Shown piece by piece: positions 16,421 through 20,000 of a stretch of 20,000 nt of DNA. The notes beneath the pieces were generated by a model that did no database searches, was not told where the DNA came from, and was given only the letters and a program-made list of their open reading frames with translations. The DNA is taken from assembly GCA_035650735.1 (NCBI GenBank), contig DASRGZ010000096.1:147747-167746 (forward strand), given 5' to 3'. The DNA is from Chthonomonadaceae bacterium. GTDB taxonomy: Bacteria > Armatimonadota > Chthonomonadetes > Chthonomonadales > Chthonomonadaceae. Both the position numbers and the translations under genes were made by a program. Numbering within the stretch: position 1 is the first letter of the stretch; every line of letters starts with the position of its first letter.

Positions 16421-17580
16421 GGCTTTTCCTCCGCAGGGAGCGGCACGGCGACGACAACGACGGTTCCCCATCCGGGCCGACTCTTCACGCGCAGCGTCCC
16501 GCCTAGCAGTTTTGCTCGCTCCTTCATGCCGATCAATCCCTGCCGACCCTCCGGCAGCGTGCGGCAATCGAAACCCTGGCCGTTATCGCGCATGGACAGG
16601 CGGACGGCGTCGCCCGTCATGCGCAGCAGGAGGGTCACTTCGGTCGCCTGCGCATGGCGGCGCACGTTGGTCAGCGTTTCCTGGGCAATGCGGAAGAGCT
16701 CGGCTTCGACCTTTAAGGGCAGGGCGCGCTGGCCCTGAACGTGGAACTGCACGCGAATGCCCGTCTCCGAGGTGAAGGCCCGGCTCAACGCGCCCAGCGC
16801 CTCCGCCAGCGGCTTCCCGGTCAGCGGCGCGGCCCGCAGGTTCAGCACCGATCGCCGTGCCTCCTCCAGACTCTCCCGCGCCATGCTCAGCGCCCGCTGA
16901 AGCCGTTCTCTAGCCCGGTCGGGATTGCTCTGCAGATGCGTCATCGCCCCTTCAATGTGCAGGGCGATGGCGGTCAGCCCCTGCGCCAGCGTATCGTGGA
17001 TCTCGCGGGCGAGGCGGGCGCGCTCCTCGGCGCGGGCCAGGCGCGCGCTCTCTTCAGCCAGGCGGGCCCGCTCAATGGCGATGCCGACCTGATAGGCGAT
17101 GGTGGAGAGCAGGCGCAGTTCCTCGCGGGTCAGTTCCCGCCAGGCGGGGCCGGCCACATTCATAATGCCGAGCGGCCTGTCCTGAAAATAGAGCGGGATG
17201 CTGGCATGGCAGCCGAGCCCCTGTGTGGCATCCAGGGCGTTGTCCTCCACCGCCCCGCGCAGGCGGCTGCACTCCAGGACGTTGACGTTCTTCGGCGTCA
17301 GCCTCCCGGCCCGAAAGGCATCCAGGCACCAGCAGGATCGCCCGGTCATGCGCACCGGCTCTTGTAGGTAGGGCGGCAGATTCTGAACGACGACGTTGTA
17401 GAACTGCCCGGTCTCCGGGTCGAGCAGCCACACCCAGCCGGTGCGCAGACCCAGCAGATCGGCCACCAGCGCCAGGGTGCGCGCGAGCGCCTGCTGGACG
17501 TCGGGAGCGCTGTTAAGCGCCTCCGCGATGGCGTTGAGAATCCGTAATTCGCGCGCCCGTGGCTTCCCCGACGGCGCCAT
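16417..17580 (-). CDS. Cytoplasmic GAF-HisKA_3 sensor histidine kinase, AirS/YhcS/YhcY-like, 387 aa
   Basis: No TM; GAF with SCWC...ECSRL...HASIPL...GIMNVA; H-box REIHDTLAQ; N-box QETLTNVRRHA; DNGQGF; GLIGMKER. Confidence 0.9.
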   Translation of the reverse strand: MAPSGKPRARELRILNAIAEALNSAPDVQQALARTLALVADLLGLRTGWVWLLDPETGQFYNVVVQNLPPYLQEPVRMTGRSCWCLDAFRAGRLTPKNVNVLECSRLRGAVEDNALDATQGLGCHASIPLYFQDRPLGIMNVAGPAWRELTREELRLLSTIAYQVGIAIERARLAEESARLARAEERARLAREIHDTLAQGLTAIALHIEGAMTHLQSNPDRARERLQRALSMARESLEEARRSVLNLRAAPLTGKPLAEALGALSRAFTSETGIRVQFHVQGQRALPLKVEAELFRIAQETLTNVRRHAQATEVTLLLRMTGDAVRLSMRDNGQGFDCRTLPEGRQGLIGMKERAKLLGGTLRVKSRPGWGTVVVVAVPLPAEEKP

Positions 17581-17820
17581 GCTTCCCTCCGTTCCCTAAA
17601 CGCAAACTTGCAATGCCAATCTAAGGCCGTACTTTTCTGCCGCATTTTCAGATTACCTTACCTCACCCGCCCTTGCCAACGGGACAGGGGACAGGGGCCG
17701 ACCTGCCCTTTGGTACAGGTTAGCGCCGCGCTCTTGAGATAGCGTAGCACTTTGAGCGCTTTCGGTCAAGAGAGCAGCAGGAAAGCGGAGTGCCTTTCGC
17801 CGAACCTTCCGGTAATGCCT

Positions 17821-17842
17821 CGGCAGGCTAAACCCTGCCGCT
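17821..17842 (-). repeat. REP-like hairpin, copy 2 (inverted relative to copy 1)
   Basis: cggcagg-ctaaac-cctgccg-ct; reverse complement agcggcagggtttagcctgccg. Confidence 0.7.
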
Positions 17843-17868
17843 CCAATGCACAAACCGGAGAAAACTCC

Positions 17869-19596
17869 ATGGAACCAGCCTTTCCGCAGCCAGCCCAGAT
17901 CCCTCCCTTGAGCGCCCTCTATGCGCGCCTGCTAGACACGCAGGTTGAGCGTCTGTTGGCGGCGCAGCAGCCCGACGGCGCCTTTCAGGCCGCAGGCAGG
18001 GCCTATAGCATCTATGACCAGAACGGGATGTACCCGCTGGCGCTGGCTTACCTGCGCCCCACAGGCCCCTATGCAGGCGACCCGCGCCTGCTGGAGGCCG
18101 TTGTCCGCTCTGGAGATCGCCATGTTCGGCAGCTTAACGCGCAGGGCCAATGGGAAGTCATCACGCCGGGAGGCCGGTGGGGATGGAGCTTCGACGAGTG
18201 GCGCTTGCATTTCTGGCTCGAAACCCTGCTGCTGCTGGGCGAGCGGCTGGGGTCGGAGCGGCTCGCGGAGTGGGATGCGGCCATTGAGCACACTGCCGCC
18301 GCCCTGGCCGCCAATCTGCGCCACCATCTAGAGCAGGGCACGATTGATTTTGTCGAGGGTATCGGCTTCTCCAGTCCTAACCACATGGCCTGGCACGCCC
18401 TCGTCTGCCGCCGCGCTGGAGGGCGCTATGGACACAGCGACTGGGTTGAACTCGCCGACCATCTCTTCGCCCAGATGCGGGCCGCGCAGACCGCAGACGG
18501 CTTCTGGCTGGAATTCGCCGCTCCCTCGGTCGGCTACAACTACGTCAGCCTGCTGGCCGTGGGCGTCTATCTGGAACACCTCTGGCCGGACATTCCGCCA
18601 GAGTGGCTGACCTGCATCGAGCGGGGCATGGAGGCGCAGATTCGGTGGAGCTATCCCGACGGCGGGATCGTCAGCGAGATCGAGGGCCGTCAGCGGTATC
18701 ATGGGCCTAGCCATCACGTGCTGCCTGCCCTCTGTGCCCGCTGGCCCCAGGGCGCGGAAGCGCTGCGCGCGGCCGCTTTGCGTCTGCTCTCGCGCGCGCA
18801 GACCGGCCATTTCAGCGATGACGTAGCCTCCATCTTCCTCTGCGAGACCGTCCGCTATCTGGAGCGCCACGAGCAGCCTGCGGAAATACCTCCGGACGCC
18901 GTATCGTTCTGGAAGGCGCGGAGCTTCGAGGCCGGCTGGCGGCGGCTGGGTCCCTGGCAGGGAGTGTTGAGCGGCCTGGTTACTCCCCGCTATGACTCCC
19001 GCTGGCGGCTCGATATAGCCAACCTCGTCGGTTTGTACCATATAGGGGGTGGGCTGCTCGCGGGCGGCGGCCACAGCAAGCAGGACCCGGAATGGGCAAC
19101 CTTCACCGTATGGCCTGCCGCCAACGCCGATCCGGTCTGGCTGCCCTCGGGAGCGCAATTGGCTGCTGGCGACGCCGCCGATACCCTGCGGCTGGACTAT
19201 GGCGGCGTGCCGGTGCGGGTGGATATGGCGCTCTCGCCGGGGGAGGCCGCCATTCGGTTTGCTCTCGAAGCCCCAAAACCGGGAGTCTCGGCGGTAGCGC
19301 GGCTGCTGCGTCCCCTGGCGCCCGGCGCGGAGGTGCGCGGCCCGGACGACGAGGCGTATCCACTCGGCATAGAGAATCCCCTGGCCTGGACGCTTGACTC
19401 CGGCGGCCAGATCCGCATCGGTTTGGCCCGGTATCTTCTGCCGCCCGGCAGCGTCTTCCGCTGGCCTCGCCTGCCTTTCAATCCCTACAGCCGCAGCGAT
19501 GCCTCGGCAGCCAGCGAAGCCTTTGCCGCCCTGGAGGTGCCTCTGAATTGTGACCATCCGGAGGGGACGATACGGGTGAGCGTAGGCGAGCGGTAA
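17869..19596 (+). CDS. Hypothetical protein, probable alpha/alpha-toroid plus beta C-terminal domain (heparinase II/III or polysaccharide-lyase-like), 575 aa
   Basis: GGAG RBS before ATG 17869; Q-x-x-DG turns (QQPDGAF, QTADGFWLE, YPDGG), PNH motif, E....GYNYVS. Coding status is well supported; function is weak. Confidence 0.6.
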   Translation: MEPAFPQPAQIPPLSALYARLLDTQVERLLAAQQPDGAFQAAGRAYSIYDQNGMYPLALAYLRPTGPYAGDPRLLEAVVRSGDRHVRQLNAQGQWEVITPGGRWGWSFDEWRLHFWLETLLLLGERLGSERLAEWDAAIEHTAAALAANLRHHLEQGTIDFVEGIGFSSPNHMAWHALVCRRAGGRYGHSDWVELADHLFAQMRAAQTADGFWLEFAAPSVGYNYVSLLAVGVYLEHLWPDIPPEWLTCIERGMEAQIRWSYPDGGIVSEIEGRQRYHGPSHHVLPALCARWPQGAEALRAAALRLLSRAQTGHFSDDVASIFLCETVRYLERHEQPAEIPPDAVSFWKARSFEAGWRRLGPWQGVLSGLVTPRYDSRWRLDIANLVGLYHIGGGLLAGGGHSKQDPEWATFTVWPAANADPVWLPSGAQLAAGDAADTLRLDYGGVPVRVDMALSPGEAAIRFALEAPKPGVSAVARLLRPLAPGAEVRGPDDEAYPLGIENPLAWTLDSGGQIRIGLARYLLPPGSVFRWPRLPFNPYSRSDASAASEAFAALEVPLNCDHPEGTIRVSVGER

Positions 19597-19663
19597 GGGG
19601 CTATGTGTCGTGCTTTCCGTACCCTCTGCGCGTGCGCGTTGGCACGCTGAAAAAACGCACCGT

Positions 19664-19691
19664 CGCGTGGAGGGGCTGTACCCTCCGCGCG
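19664..19691. repeat. Intergenic hairpin with a partial direct copy at 19619-19632
   Basis: cgcgtggaggg-gctgta-ccctccgcgcg; gtaccctc(t/c)gcgcg occurs twice. Confidence 0.45.
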
Positions 19692-19717
19692 GGCGGATCG
19701 GCGAGGAAAAAGAGGAG

Positions 19718-20000
19718 ATGCCATCTCAGAGCACGCCTTCATTGAAGTGGCTGCACGATCTGGCGGCGCGGGTGATTGACAGCGCTCAGGTTGACCCGGG
19801 CGACAGAGTCTCCGGCACTGTCAACACGACCGGCTTTGCCCTGCATCTGCCCGGCAGCACAACGAGCCACTATCGCGCTTTCTGGGTTCGGGATGCGGCG
19901 ATGATGCTGGGGGCCGATTTCCTCTCCGCCGAGGAAGTGGAAGGCTGGGTCCGCCTGATTGCCTCGACCCAGGCCGGGCCAGAGGGCCTCCGCTTCCCTC
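19718..20000 (+). CDS. N-terminus (truncated by window edge) of a probable six-hairpin glycosidase
   Basis: Not in the ORF track. Manual translation MPSQSTPSLKWLHDLAARVIDSAQV...LPGSTTSHYRAFWVRDAAMMLGADF... is open to the window end; the Y..FWxRD motif is typical of (alpha/alpha)6 glycosidases; purine-rich RBS. Confidence 0.7.
   Translation, partial: MPSQSTPSLKWLHDLAARVIDSAQVDPGDRVSGTVNTTGFALHLPGSTTSHYRAFWVRDAAMMLGADFLSAEEVEGWVRLIASTQAGPEGLRFP

Overview
GC-rich bacterial chromosomal window, mostly housekeeping and regulatory genes; the taxon cannot be fixed from the sequence. Left to right: REP-like hairpins; an ECF sigma factor fused to a tandem GNAT module (-); an RsmB/NOP2 RNA m5C methyltransferase; a TPR-like protein; a stand-alone LON substrate-binding-domain protein; an ABC-B exporter half-transporter; two PilZ-domain genes behind a sigma28-like promoter; a lower-GC Type II restriction-modification cassette (Dam-like m6A methylase plus PD-(D/E)xK nuclease); murJ; a second TPR protein; a ROK kinase; a DUF4337-like protein; an AirS/YhcS-like Cys-GAF histidine kinase with a NarL-type regulator, bracketed by a 22-bp inverted REP-like pair; a 575-aa unknown alpha/alpha-barrel-like protein; and the truncated start of a six-hairpin glycosidase. 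The best candidates for new biology are the sigma-GNAT fusion (second GNAT degenerate, SD-like sequence at the junction), the repeat-bracketed putative Fe-S sensing two-component module, the R-M pairing and the sigma28-PilZ pair. No rRNA, tRNA, CRISPR array or transposase was seen. All family calls come from motif recognition, not database searches.
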